Position numbers and translations under genes: made by a program
NCBI GenBank assembly: GCA_014584695.1
Contig: JACTMI010000012.1
Location: forward strand, 40,097-104,096
Direction of reading: 5' to 3'
Length of the DNA: 64,000 nt
Source: Acidobacteriota bacterium
GTDB taxonomy: Bacteria > Acidobacteriota > Thermoanaerobaculia > Multivoradales > JAGPDF01
Notes under the pieces: generated by a model
What the model saw: only the letters and a program-made list of their open reading frames with translations
Database searches by the model: none
What the model was told of the DNA's origin: nothing
Part shown: positions 9,956 through 17,559 of the stretch, one piece after another
Position numbering within the stretch: the stretch's first letter is position 1
Layout: each line of letters starts with the position of its first letter

Positions 9956-10923
9956 TGGCTCCGCTCCGCGGTGGCGACCGCGAGCGGCGGCAGCACGGCT
10001 TCGATCTCCGCGCGTTGCGCCTCGAGCCAGGGCGGCAGCACGAGCGATTCGCCGAGGTGGCGCGGATCTTCGTCGAGTGCGAAGCCGGGGCCGTCGGTGG
10101 CGAGCTCGAACAGCACGCCGCCCGGCTCCCGGAAGTAGACCGACCGGAACCAGAAGCGGTCGACGACCGGCGTCGGATGCGGGCCGGCGGCCTCGACTCC
10201 GGCGCGCACCGCGAGCTGATGCCGGTCGTCGTCGACGCGAAAGGCGAGGTGGTGGATGGCGCCCGTGCCCCAGGCCCCGCGCGGCGACTGCGGGCTCTCG
10301 GCAAGGTCGAGGCGCTCGCCCGAGGCGCCCGCGCCGACCCCCCAGCGGACCCAGCTCCCCTCGCGCGCCAGCTCCCGGTAGCCCATCGCCGCGGCGAGGA
10401 AGCTCTCGGTGGGCGCCAGCTGGCGCAGCCGTATCCGCGCGCCGTCGAGCCCGCGGATCTGCCGCTCGGCCGGCACCGGGCTCTCCTCCCAGGGTGTGAA
10501 CGGCCGCGTTCCCGCGCTCTCGCTCTCGACCAGGGTGACGGCGAGCCCGTGCGGATCCCGCAGCGGCAGGACCGCGTCGCCGAAGCGGCGCTCGGGGGCG
10601 CCGAGCGCGACACCGTAACGCTCGAGCCGGGCGGTCCAGAACGCGAGCGAGTCGGGCGCGACGGCGAGGGCGACCTCGGTCGCCAGCCCGTGACCGGGCC
10701 GCGCCGGCGCGAGATGGGACCAGGGGAAGAAGGTGAGGTCGGTGCCCGGCCGCCCTTCGGCGTCGGCGTAGAAGAGGTGGTAGGTCCCGGGATCGTCCTG
10801 GTTGACGCTCTTCTTGACCAGACGCAGGCCGAGCACGCCGGCGTAGAAATCGAGATTCTCTTGCGCGGGCCCCGCGATCGCGGTCACGTGATGCAGGCCC
10901 CCGGCGGCGGTCGGTGCGGTCAT
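9952..10923 (-). CDS. Ring-cleaving dioxygenase, VOC/glyoxalase superfamily (MhqA/MhqE/MhqO-like)
   Basis: The start was trimmed to the ATG at 10923 (MTAPTAAGGLHHVTAIAG...). Two VOC modules are present: LHHVTAI...NLDFYAGVLGLRLVKKSVNQDDPGTYHLFYAD and IHHLAFRVDD. The pairing with a carboxylesterase resembles the B. subtilis mhqED arrangement. Confidence 0.85.
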   Translation of the reverse strand: MTAPTAAGGLHHVTAIAGPAQENLDFYAGVLGLRLVKKSVNQDDPGTYHLFYADAEGRPGTDLTFFPWSHLAPARPGHGLATEVALAVAPDSLAFWTARLERYGVALGAPERRFGDAVLPLRDPHGLAVTLVESESAGTRPFTPWEESPVPAERQIRGLDGARIRLRQLAPTESFLAAAMGYRELAREGSWVRWGVGAGASGERLDLAESPQSPRGAWGTGAIHHLAFRVDDDRHQLAVRAGVEAAGPHPTPVVDRFWFRSVYFREPGGVLFELATDGPGFALDEDPRHLGESLVLPPWLEAQRAEIEAVLPPLAVATAERSQ

Positions 10924-10975
10924 CGGTTCCTCCTCGGGAACGGAGCGAAGGGCTCCGCTCTTGCGAGGCCCCAAC

Positions 10976-10991
10976 AATTGACTAGTCAATT
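10976..10991. promoter_or_regulatory. Perfect 16-bp AT-rich palindrome AATTGACTAGTCAATT (candidate operator overlapping a TTGACT -35-like hexamer)
   Basis: Read directly from the DNA. It is self-complementary over all 16 nt and sits in a local AT-rich patch (caattgactagtcaattattatt) about 53 nt upstream of the dioxygenase start in an otherwise very GC-rich intergenic region. Confidence 0.4.
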
Positions 10992-11027
10992 ATTATTCCC
11001 AGGGTTCCGATCGCCGTCGGCGGGTCG

Positions 11028-11086
11028 ACGGGGAGGTGCAAGCCCCTCGATCCATGAGAAACGGGGAGGTGCAAGCACCTCCCCGT
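11028..11086 (+). repeat. Direct repeat ACGGGGAGGTGCAAGC x2; the second copy forms a perfect 10-bp hairpin
   Basis: Copy 1 is at 11028-11043 and copy 2 at 11061-11076. Copy 2 continues as ACGGGGAGGT-GCAAGC-ACCTCCCCGT (11061-11086). Both lie in a 495-bp intergenic region with several further short hairpins. Confidence 0.5.
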
Positions 11087-11418
11087 GGGGCACTCCGCCG
11101 GCGGCGGGACTCCGAGATCCTCGGAACCGGTTGCCTCGAGCCGCTGGGGCGGCTGCGGGGCGCGGAGGCTAGCTCCGCGGCCGGCGGTCGGGGGGACCCT
11201 CGAAGCGCGCGAACCGGCGCCTCGAGGGCGTCTCCTGGTCCGGTGGCGTTTCCATGCCTGGCTCCTTCGGGTCGTGGACGTCTTGGTCAAAGTACGCGGC
11301 GCGCGCGCGGCTGTCAAGGTGGATTGTTCGCGCTCGGAACAGCTTTCGCGAGTCTCCTGCCACTTCGAGGTCCCAGGCGGGTTGGCCGTCGGTCTCCGGT
11401 CGGATAGCCTCGACCGCC

Positions 11419-12708
11419 ATGGCCACCCTGACCCGTCAACCGCTGGCGCCGCTCGCGCTCGATTCCCCCGCGGCCCCGCGCGAGGGTCTCGGCACTCTGG
11501 CCACCAGCCTGGTCGGTTCCGAGATCCTGCGCATCGCGGCCGAAGTGCGGCAGCTCGCGGCCGAAGGCAAGCCGGTGCTCAACCTCACGGTCGGCGACTT
11601 CTCGCCGCGCGAGTTCCGGATCCCGGCCGAGCTCGAAGCGGGCATCGCGCGCGCTCTGGCCGCCGGACAGACCAACTATCCGCCGTCGGACGGCGTCGCC
11701 GAGCTGCGAAGCGCGGTGCGCGATTTCTACGCCGAAGCGCTCGGGCTCGACTATCCGCTCGAAGCGGTGTTGGTCGCGGGCGGCGCGCGGCCGGTGATCT
11801 GGGCGGCCTACCAGGCGATCCTCGACCCGGGCGACACGGTGGTCTACCCGGTCCCGAGCTGGAACAACAACCACTACTGCCACCTGACCGGCGCGCGCGG
11901 CGTGGCGGTCGAGACGCGGCCGGAGGAGGGTTTCCTGCCGACGGCGGCGGATCTGGCGCCGCACCTGGCGGGCGCCACGCTGCTCGCCTTGAACAGCCCG
12001 CTCAACCCGGCGGGGAGCGGCTTCCGGCGCGACCAGCTGGCGGCGATTACCCACGCGGTGGTCGAGGAGAACCGGCGGCGCGGCCCGGGCGCCAAGCCGC
12101 TCTACCTGCTCTACGACCAGATCTACTGGCTGATCGCCGCGGAGCGGGCGCCCCACGCCACGCCGGTCGACCTGGTGCCGGAAGCGGCTCCCTACACGGT
12201 TTTCGTCGACGGCATCAGCAAGGCGTTCGCCGCCACCGGCCTGCGCGTCGGCTGGGCGGTGGCGCCGCCCTATCTGGTCACGCGCATGCGGGACCTGCTC
12301 GGCCACGTCGGCGCCTGGGCCCCCAAGCCGGAGCAGCTGGCGACGGCGGAGATCCTCGGCGCGCCGGGGTGCGCGCGCGCGCTCGCCGCGACGGTTCGCG
12401 ACGCCATCGACCAGCGCCTGGCGGCGCTCGACCGTGGACTCGGCGCGCTCGCGGCCGACGGCCTGCCGGTCCGTCACCTGCCGCCGGCCGGCGCGCTCTA
12501 CCTGTCGCTCCACCTCGATCTGATCGGCCGCTTCGGCTCGAACCGCGCCATCCGCCAGCACCTGCTCCACGAGGCCGGCTTCGCGATGGTGCCCTTCCAC
12601 TCCTTCGGCACCCGCGACGACAACGGCTGGTTCCGCCTCTCGGTCGGCGCGGTCGGCGTCGACGAGATCCCCCCCGCGCTCGAACGCGTCCGCGCCGCGC
12701 TCGGCTGA
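11419..12708 (+). CDS. Class I/II pyridoxal-phosphate-dependent aminotransferase (aspartate aminotransferase-like)
   Basis: The start was trimmed to the ATG at 11419 (MATLTRQPLAP...). Motifs are NLTVGDF, NSPLNPAG, and the PLP-lysine motif GISKAFAATGLRVGW. Confidence 0.9.
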   Translation: MATLTRQPLAPLALDSPAAPREGLGTLATSLVGSEILRIAAEVRQLAAEGKPVLNLTVGDFSPREFRIPAELEAGIARALAAGQTNYPPSDGVAELRSAVRDFYAEALGLDYPLEAVLVAGGARPVIWAAYQAILDPGDTVVYPVPSWNNNHYCHLTGARGVAVETRPEEGFLPTAADLAPHLAGATLLALNSPLNPAGSGFRRDQLAAITHAVVEENRRRGPGAKPLYLLYDQIYWLIAAERAPHATPVDLVPEAAPYTVFVDGISKAFAATGLRVGWAVAPPYLVTRMRDLLGHVGAWAPKPEQLATAEILGAPGCARALAATVRDAIDQRLAALDRGLGALAADGLPVRHLPPAGALYLSLHLDLIGRFGSNRAIRQHLLHEAGFAMVPFHSFGTRDDNGWFRLSVGAVGVDEIPPALERVRAALG

Positions 12709-12738
12709 GCCCGGCGCCAGGCCGAGGGGAGAGGTGGG

Positions 12739-13932
12739 CTAGGTGCGCCGCTTGGCGAAGCCGGTGACCACCCAGGTGCCGGAGCGCTGGTCCTTCTTGA
12801 GCTTGATCAGGTTGTTGCGCTCGGCGTCCTGGAGCAGCTCGGTGAAGGTCGAGTAGCCGTAGTAGCCCTCGTTGAACGAGGGCTTCTTGCGCTGCATGGT
12901 CTGCTTGATCAGCGAGCCGAACAAGACGTCCTTGTTCTCGCGCTGGAGCGCCAGCACCGAGTCGACCAGCAGGCTGAACACTTCGCCCTTCTTCTTGGTC
13001 AGACCGGTCAGCTCGGGGCCCTTCTCGCGCGAGCGCCAGACGTCCTCGTAGTAGAGGAACTCGTCGCAGTTGTCGATCAGCAGGTTCGAGGAGGAGTTCT
13101 TGACCCCGATGCCGATGACGTACTTGTTGTTCTCCTTGAGCTTGGAGACCAGCGGCGAGAAGTCCGAGTCGCCCGAGAGGAGGACGAAGGTGTCGAGGTG
13201 CTCCTTCGAGTAGGACAGATCCATCGCGTCGACGACCATCTTGATGTCGGCCGAGTTCTTGCCCGTGTAGCGGCGCTGCGGAATGTCGATCAGCTCGATC
13301 GCCGCCTCGTGGAAGGCGATCTTGAACTCGCTGTAGCGCTCCCAGTCGGCGTAGGCCCGCTTGACGATGATCTTGCCCTTCTCGAGCAGGCGCTCGAGCA
13401 CCAGGTGGATGTCGAAGCGCTTGACCTCGCTGTCGCGCACGCCGAGCGCGATGTTCTCGAGGTCGCAGAAGAGCGCGATCTTGCGCTCCTCCTCGACCGG
13501 CGCCGGCCGCGCGGCGACCGCCACCGGCAGCGAGTGCATCAGCTCGCTCGCCAGACGCTCGTAGTCGTCCTCCTCCTCGTCGTCGTCGATGCCGAGCGCG
13601 CCGTTCGACTCCTCGCCCTCGGCGTCGTCGGCTGCCGCCGAGCCGCCGCGCCCCCGCCGCCGCCGGCGCCGGCGCCGCCGCTTCTCCGCTTCGGCGGGCG
13701 CCGCCGCCGGTTCGGCGTCGTCGCGCTCCTCGGCCGGCTCGGCCTCGAGCGCGGGGCGCTCCCGCTGCGCCGTCGGCTCCGCGGCGAGAGCGCGGGCGGG
13801 CTCGAGCAGGTCGGCGATCGTGGGCGGGCTGTCGCTCTCGGCGCTCGGCTCGGGCGCCGGCAACTCCCTGTCGCTGGTGGGCGGGATCTCGTCGCTCTCT
13901 TCGCCGGGAGGGCGCAGCCACCAGGGGCTCAT
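12739..13932 (-). CDS. NYN (LabA-like PIN-fold nuclease) domain protein with a C-terminal OST-HTH/LOTUS domain
   Basis: The NYN core is IALFCDLENI...KRAYADW...NSADIKMVVDAMDL...DTFVLLSGDSDFSPLVSKLKENNKYVIGIG. The C-terminal OST-HTH-like region is SLIKQTMQRKKPSFNEGYYGYSTFTELLQDA. The N-terminus is disordered, with acidic runs and EKRRRRRRRRRGRGG. Confidence 0.85.
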   Translation of the reverse strand: MSPWWLRPPGEESDEIPPTSDRELPAPEPSAESDSPPTIADLLEPARALAAEPTAQRERPALEAEPAEERDDAEPAAAPAEAEKRRRRRRRRRGRGGSAAADDAEGEESNGALGIDDDEEEDDYERLASELMHSLPVAVAARPAPVEEERKIALFCDLENIALGVRDSEVKRFDIHLVLERLLEKGKIIVKRAYADWERYSEFKIAFHEAAIELIDIPQRRYTGKNSADIKMVVDAMDLSYSKEHLDTFVLLSGDSDFSPLVSKLKENNKYVIGIGVKNSSSNLLIDNCDEFLYYEDVWRSREKGPELTGLTKKKGEVFSLLVDSVLALQRENKDVLFGSLIKQTMQRKKPSFNEGYYGYSTFTELLQDAERNNLIKLKKDQRSGTWVVTGFAKRRT

Positions 13933-14075
13933 ACGCGGTCCTCGGATGGGGACGTCTTCTTCATGGTGCGGGACTCCGGGGTGGATCTCTGGGTGCGGGC
14001 AAGCGGGCCCGAGGCGGGCCCGGCCGACGAACCCTCATGCTACCACCGAGCGACGGCGCCTTCCGCAGCGGCGGT

Positions 14076-14762
14076 TCAATGACAAGCGGGGGGCGCGGCG
14101 CCGGCGGCCGGCGCCGCGAGCGCCCGCCAGACCAGCACACCGGCAGCCGCCAGCGGCACGGCGCGGCGCAGCCAGGTCTCGACGCGCGGATAGCGGCCGC
14201 TCCAGGTAGCGCCGAGCTGAACCGCCGCGAGGCCCGGCACGCCGCCGATGCCGAAGGCGGCCATGACCGCCGCGCCGCCGGCGGCCGAGCCGGCCGCGAC
14301 CGCGGCGAGAAAGAGGCCGTAGAGCAGCCCGCAGGGCAGCAGCGGCGTCGCGGCTCCGAGGGCGAGCGAGCGCGCGACCGGAGAGGCGCCCGCACCCAGC
14401 CGTGCGATGCGCCGGGACAGCCCGGCGATCCCCGGCAGCGGCCGCAGCCGGCGGCCCAGCTCGAGCGCGGTGGCGGCGAGCCCCACCGCCATGAGCCAGG
14501 GGAGCCAGGGCTGGATCCGCTCGGCGAGCAGCGCGGCGAAGCCGGCCCCGGCGAGCCCCAGCGCCGCGCCGACCAGCGTGTAGGCGGCCAGGCGACCCAA
14601 GTGCCAGGCCGCCATGGTCCGCCGCCGCTCGATCCCCTGCGTCCCGCCGAGGGGCGCGCAGGCGAGCGGTCCGCACATCAGCACGCAGTGCAGGCTGCCG
14701 GCCGCACCGGCCGCCAGGGCGGCTCCCGCCCCCGCCCAAAAGAGTGGGGTGCCCACCATCAT
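14076..14762 (-). CDS. Polytopic membrane protein, TauE/SafE / DsbD_2-like, of the kind often found beside ccoI
   Basis: 228 aa and highly hydrophobic (about 6-7 TM), with an N-terminal motif SLHCVLMCGPLACAP. It is divergently transcribed from the cco cluster. Confidence 0.6.
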   Translation of the reverse strand: MMVGTPLFWAGAGAALAAGAAGSLHCVLMCGPLACAPLGGTQGIERRRTMAAWHLGRLAAYTLVGAALGLAGAGFAALLAERIQPWLPWLMAVGLAATALELGRRLRPLPGIAGLSRRIARLGAGASPVARSLALGAATPLLPCGLLYGLFLAAVAAGSAAGGAAVMAAFGIGGVPGLAAVQLGATWSGRYPRVETWLRRAVPLAAAGVLVWRALAAPAAGAAPPACH

Positions 14763-14824
14763 CGTCCCCTAGGCTGCGCTCTCGATTCCCTTGGCATGAG
14801 TCGGCGGGAGTGTAGAGCGACGAC

Positions 14825-17239
14825 ATGGACGTGGAGACCACCCCGGCGGACGGGAGCCCGTGCCGCCACTGCCGGAACCCGGTTCCGGCGGGGGCGGCGA
14901 CAGCTCCCTTCTGCTGCCACGGCTGTGCCGCGGTCCACGCGCTGCTAGTCGAGGAGGGGCTCACCCGCTACTACGAGATCGCGGGCGACGCCGCGACGCC
15001 GGTGCCCGTGCCGGCGGTCGGGCGCAGCCAGAGCTGGCTCGAGCCGCTGCTCGACCCCGCCGCGGGCGCGGCGCCCGGGGAGCTCGCCGGCCTCCGTCTC
15101 GACGTCCAGGGGATCCATTGCGCCGCCTGCGTCTGGCTGCTGCAGGAGACCTTCCGGCGGCGCGGCGGAGCCGGCTCGATCGTGATCAACCCGGCGCTCG
15201 GCCAGGTCAGCCTCACTTACCGCCCCGACCGCTTCGATCCGGCGGACTGGGTGCGCGACGTCGAGGCCTTCGGCTATCGCTTCGGCCCGGCGCGCAAGCG
15301 CGCGAGCTCCTCGTCGGTCGATCTGGCCTTGCGGCTGGGGATCTCGGCGGCGCTGACCGTCAACGTGATGCTCTTCTCGGTCAGCTTCTACTTCGGCCTG
15401 GCCCCCGACGACGAGGGGCTGTTCCGGCTGTTCAGCTGGCTCTCGCTCGCGCTGTCGACCGCGGTCGTCGCGGTCGGCGGCTGGCCGTTCTTCCGCTCCT
15501 CGATCGCGGGGCTGCGCCGCGGCGTCACCCACCTCGACCTGCCGATCGCGGTCGGCATCCTGCTCGTCTTCGGGACCTCGGTGGCCCGGATGCGGGAAGG
15601 CCGCGGCGACCTCGCCTACTTCGACACGCTCGACGTCTTCATCACCCTGATGCTCTTGGGCCGCTTCCTCCAGGAGCGGCTGATCGACCGCAACCGGCGG
15701 TTCCTGCTCGAGGACGACGGCACCGAGAGCCTCTCGGTGCGGCGCGTCGAGGGGGCGCGGCTCGCCACCGTGCCGGCGGCGAGCGTCCGCTCCGGCGACC
15801 GGCTGCTGGTGGCGCCGGGCGACCTGGTGCCGGTCGAGGGGCGGCTGGCGAGCGCCGCGGCCGACATCTCGACCGATTGGATCACCGGCGAGTCCGAGCC
15901 CCGGCAGCTCGCGGCCGGGGCGGCGATCGCCGCCGGCAGCTTCAACGCCGGCGCGGTGGCCTTCGAGATCGAGGCGATCTCGAGCTTCGCCGACTCCTCG
16001 CTGACCACGCTGCTCGCGACGCCGCGGCCGCGCGGTGACCGGCCCGCCGGGCGCCGGCGGCTGTGGGACCGCCTCGGCCGCTACTGGGTGGCGGGGGTCG
16101 CGACCTGCGCCGCGGCGGGCGTCGCGATCTGGCTGCCGCAAGGCGGAGAGCGGGCGCTCGAAGTGGCGGCGGCGCTGCTGGTCGTGACCTGTCCGTGCGC
16201 GATCGGGATCGCGATCCCCCTCGCTTACGAGTTGGTGTTGTCGCGGCTGCGCCGGCGGGGCTGCTTCGTGCGCGACGAGGGGCTGCTCGATCGCCTGGTG
16301 CGGGTGCGCAAGATCCTGTTCGACAAGACCGGCACGCTGACGCTCGGCAGCCTCGAGGTGGCGCGGCCCGAGGCGCTGCGCGCGCTCGAGCCGGCGATCC
16401 GGGACGCCGCCTACGATCTGGCCGCGCGCAGCAGCCATCCGGTGGCGCGCGCCCTGGCGGCCGGCCTCGAGACCGCGGGCGCCCGCTTCGACCCCGAGGC
16501 GCGGGTGCGCGAGTTGGCCGGCCGGGGGCTCGAGCTCGAGCGCGACGGCGCCCTCTGGCGCCTGGGGCGTGGCGAGTGGGCGGCGCCCGGCCGCGGCCTG
16601 GCCGGCACCTGGCTCGCCCGCGACGGCGAGCCGGCGGCGGAGCTGCCGGTCGCCGAGACGCTGCGCCCCGACGTGGCACAGCAGGTCGAGGCGCTGGCGG
16701 GCCGGGGCTTCGAGATCTGGCTGCTCTCGGGCGACGAGCCCACGAAGGTGATGCGCCTGGCGCGGACGCTCGGCCTGCCGGCCGACCGCGCGCTGCCGGC
16801 GCTCGCTCCGGAGGCCAAGGCGGCGGCGGTGGCGCGGCTCGACGAGCAGGACACGCTCTTCCTGGGCGACGGCGTCAACGACTCGCTGGCCTTCGAGCGC
16901 GCCTTCGCCGCCGGCACGCCGGCGATCGACCGACCGGTGATGCCGGGGCGGAGCGACTTCTTCCTGGTCGGCGAAGGGCTCTCGCCGCTCACGGCGCTCG
17001 TCGACGCCGCGCGCGAGCTGCGCCGGGTGGTTCACCAACTGCTCGGCGCCGCGCTGGTCTACAACGTCGCGGTGGTCGCCGCCGCGCTGGCCGGGCTGGT
17101 GACGCCGGTGGTGGCGGCGGTGGTGATGCCTTCGAGCACCCTGTTGCTGGTGGCGCGCACCGCTTGGCGCCTGGGTCCGCGCCGCCGCGCGCGCGCCGCG
17201 GCGCCCGCGGCGACCCGGCTCGCGGAGGCGCAGCCGTGA
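14825..17239 (+). CDS. ccoI: Heavy-metal (copper) translocating P1B-type ATPase, CcoI/FixI type
   Basis: It has an N-terminal Cys-rich domain CRHCRNPV...FCCHGCAAV and an HMA-like GIHCAACVWLL. Other motifs are the TM CPC motif VVTCPCAIGIA, the phosphorylation site FDKTGTLT, and the hinge GDGVNDS. It is followed by ccoS and ccoN. Confidence 0.9.
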   Translation: MDVETTPADGSPCRHCRNPVPAGAATAPFCCHGCAAVHALLVEEGLTRYYEIAGDAATPVPVPAVGRSQSWLEPLLDPAAGAAPGELAGLRLDVQGIHCAACVWLLQETFRRRGGAGSIVINPALGQVSLTYRPDRFDPADWVRDVEAFGYRFGPARKRASSSSVDLALRLGISAALTVNVMLFSVSFYFGLAPDDEGLFRLFSWLSLALSTAVVAVGGWPFFRSSIAGLRRGVTHLDLPIAVGILLVFGTSVARMREGRGDLAYFDTLDVFITLMLLGRFLQERLIDRNRRFLLEDDGTESLSVRRVEGARLATVPAASVRSGDRLLVAPGDLVPVEGRLASAAADISTDWITGESEPRQLAAGAAIAAGSFNAGAVAFEIEAISSFADSSLTTLLATPRPRGDRPAGRRRLWDRLGRYWVAGVATCAAAGVAIWLPQGGERALEVAAALLVVTCPCAIGIAIPLAYELVLSRLRRRGCFVRDEGLLDRLVRVRKILFDKTGTLTLGSLEVARPEALRALEPAIRDAAYDLAARSSHPVARALAAGLETAGARFDPEARVRELAGRGLELERDGALWRLGRGEWAAPGRGLAGTWLARDGEPAAELPVAETLRPDVAQQVEALAGRGFEIWLLSGDEPTKVMRLARTLGLPADRALPALAPEAKAAAVARLDEQDTLFLGDGVNDSLAFERAFAAGTPAIDRPVMPGRSDFFLVGEGLSPLTALVDAARELRRVVHQLLGAALVYNVAVVAAALAGLVTPVVAAVVMPSSTLLLVARTAWRLGPRRRARAAAPAATRLAEAQP

Positions 17240-17559
17240 TCGTCCTGGTGCTCCAGATCTTCGTCAGCCTGGTCCTGGTCGCGGGCGCGGTGGCGCTGTT
17301 CGTCTACACCGTGCGCGCGCGGACGTTCGACCACGCCGACCGGCTCGCCCTCTCGCCGCTCGACGACGACAGTGCCCAACCCACGCCGCGCGGTGCCGCG
17401 GCGTCGCCGAAATCCGCGCCGCGCGAGGTCGCGGTGTCGCCGAAATCCGCGCCGCTCGAGACCGCGGCGCTGCCGAGATCCGCGCCGCGTGAAACCGCGG
17501 CGCTTCCAAATTCCGCGCCGCGTCGACCCGCGGTGCGCACCGAAGAGGAGAGAGATTGA
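17236..17559 (+). CDS. ccoS: cbb3 oxidase maturation protein CcoS/FixS with an unusual repeat-containing C-terminal extension
   Basis: The GTG start overlaps the ccoI stop (GTGA at 17236-17239). The N-terminus is a single TM plus the motif VIVLVLQIFVSLVLVAGAVALFVYTVRARTFDHADRLALSPLDDD, typical of CcoS. It is followed by 4 tandem 11-aa repeats, and its stop overlaps the ccoNO ATG. Confidence 0.75.
   Translation: MIVLVLQIFVSLVLVAGAVALFVYTVRARTFDHADRLALSPLDDDSAQPTPRGAAASPKSAPREVAVSPKSAPLETAALPRSAPRETAALPNSAPRRPAVRTEEERD
17404..17535 (+). repeat. Four tandem 33-nt repeats inside the 3' half of ccoS
   Basis: The units are tcgccgaaatccgcgccgcgcgaggtcgcggtg, tcgccgaaatccgcgccgctcgagaccgcggcg, ctgccgagatccgcgccgcgtgaaaccgcggcg and cttccaaattccgcgccgcgtcgacccgcggtg. 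Each contains an internal inverted repeat (for example GCGCCGCG-tgaaac-CGCGGCGC). They encode SPKSAPREVAV / SPKSAPLETAA / LPRSAPRETAA / LPNSAPRRPAV. Confidence 0.9.

Noticed and set aside
8865-10613. Upstream part of track ORF 7833..10613, giving a 926-aa protein fused to GAPDH.
   Set aside because: Only the last 343 aa are GAPDH, starting with the canonical [15 protein letters not shown]. The upstream part overlaps three well-supported genes in other frames.
11169-11426. 85-aa minus-strand ORF (MAMAVEAIRPETDGQPAWDLE...) in the long intergenic region.
   Set aside because: It has no recognisable motif or RBS. Its third-position GC is lower than in the neighbouring genes, and it overlaps the aminotransferase start. 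It is kept only as a remote possibility.
14792-14806. A sigma-54-like TGGCAT-n-GGCG element upstream of ccoI, and a search for an FNR/Crp box (TTGAT-n4-ATCAA) upstream of the cco genes.
   Set aside because: The -12 element does not match TTGC at the right spacing. I found no FNR-type palindrome by eye in 14763-14824 or before ccoNO, which is in any case translationally coupled to ccoS.
17404-17535. The 33-nt tandem repeats as a CRISPR array.
   Set aside because: The units are directly adjacent with no spacers and lie in frame inside ccoS. There are no cas genes in the window.
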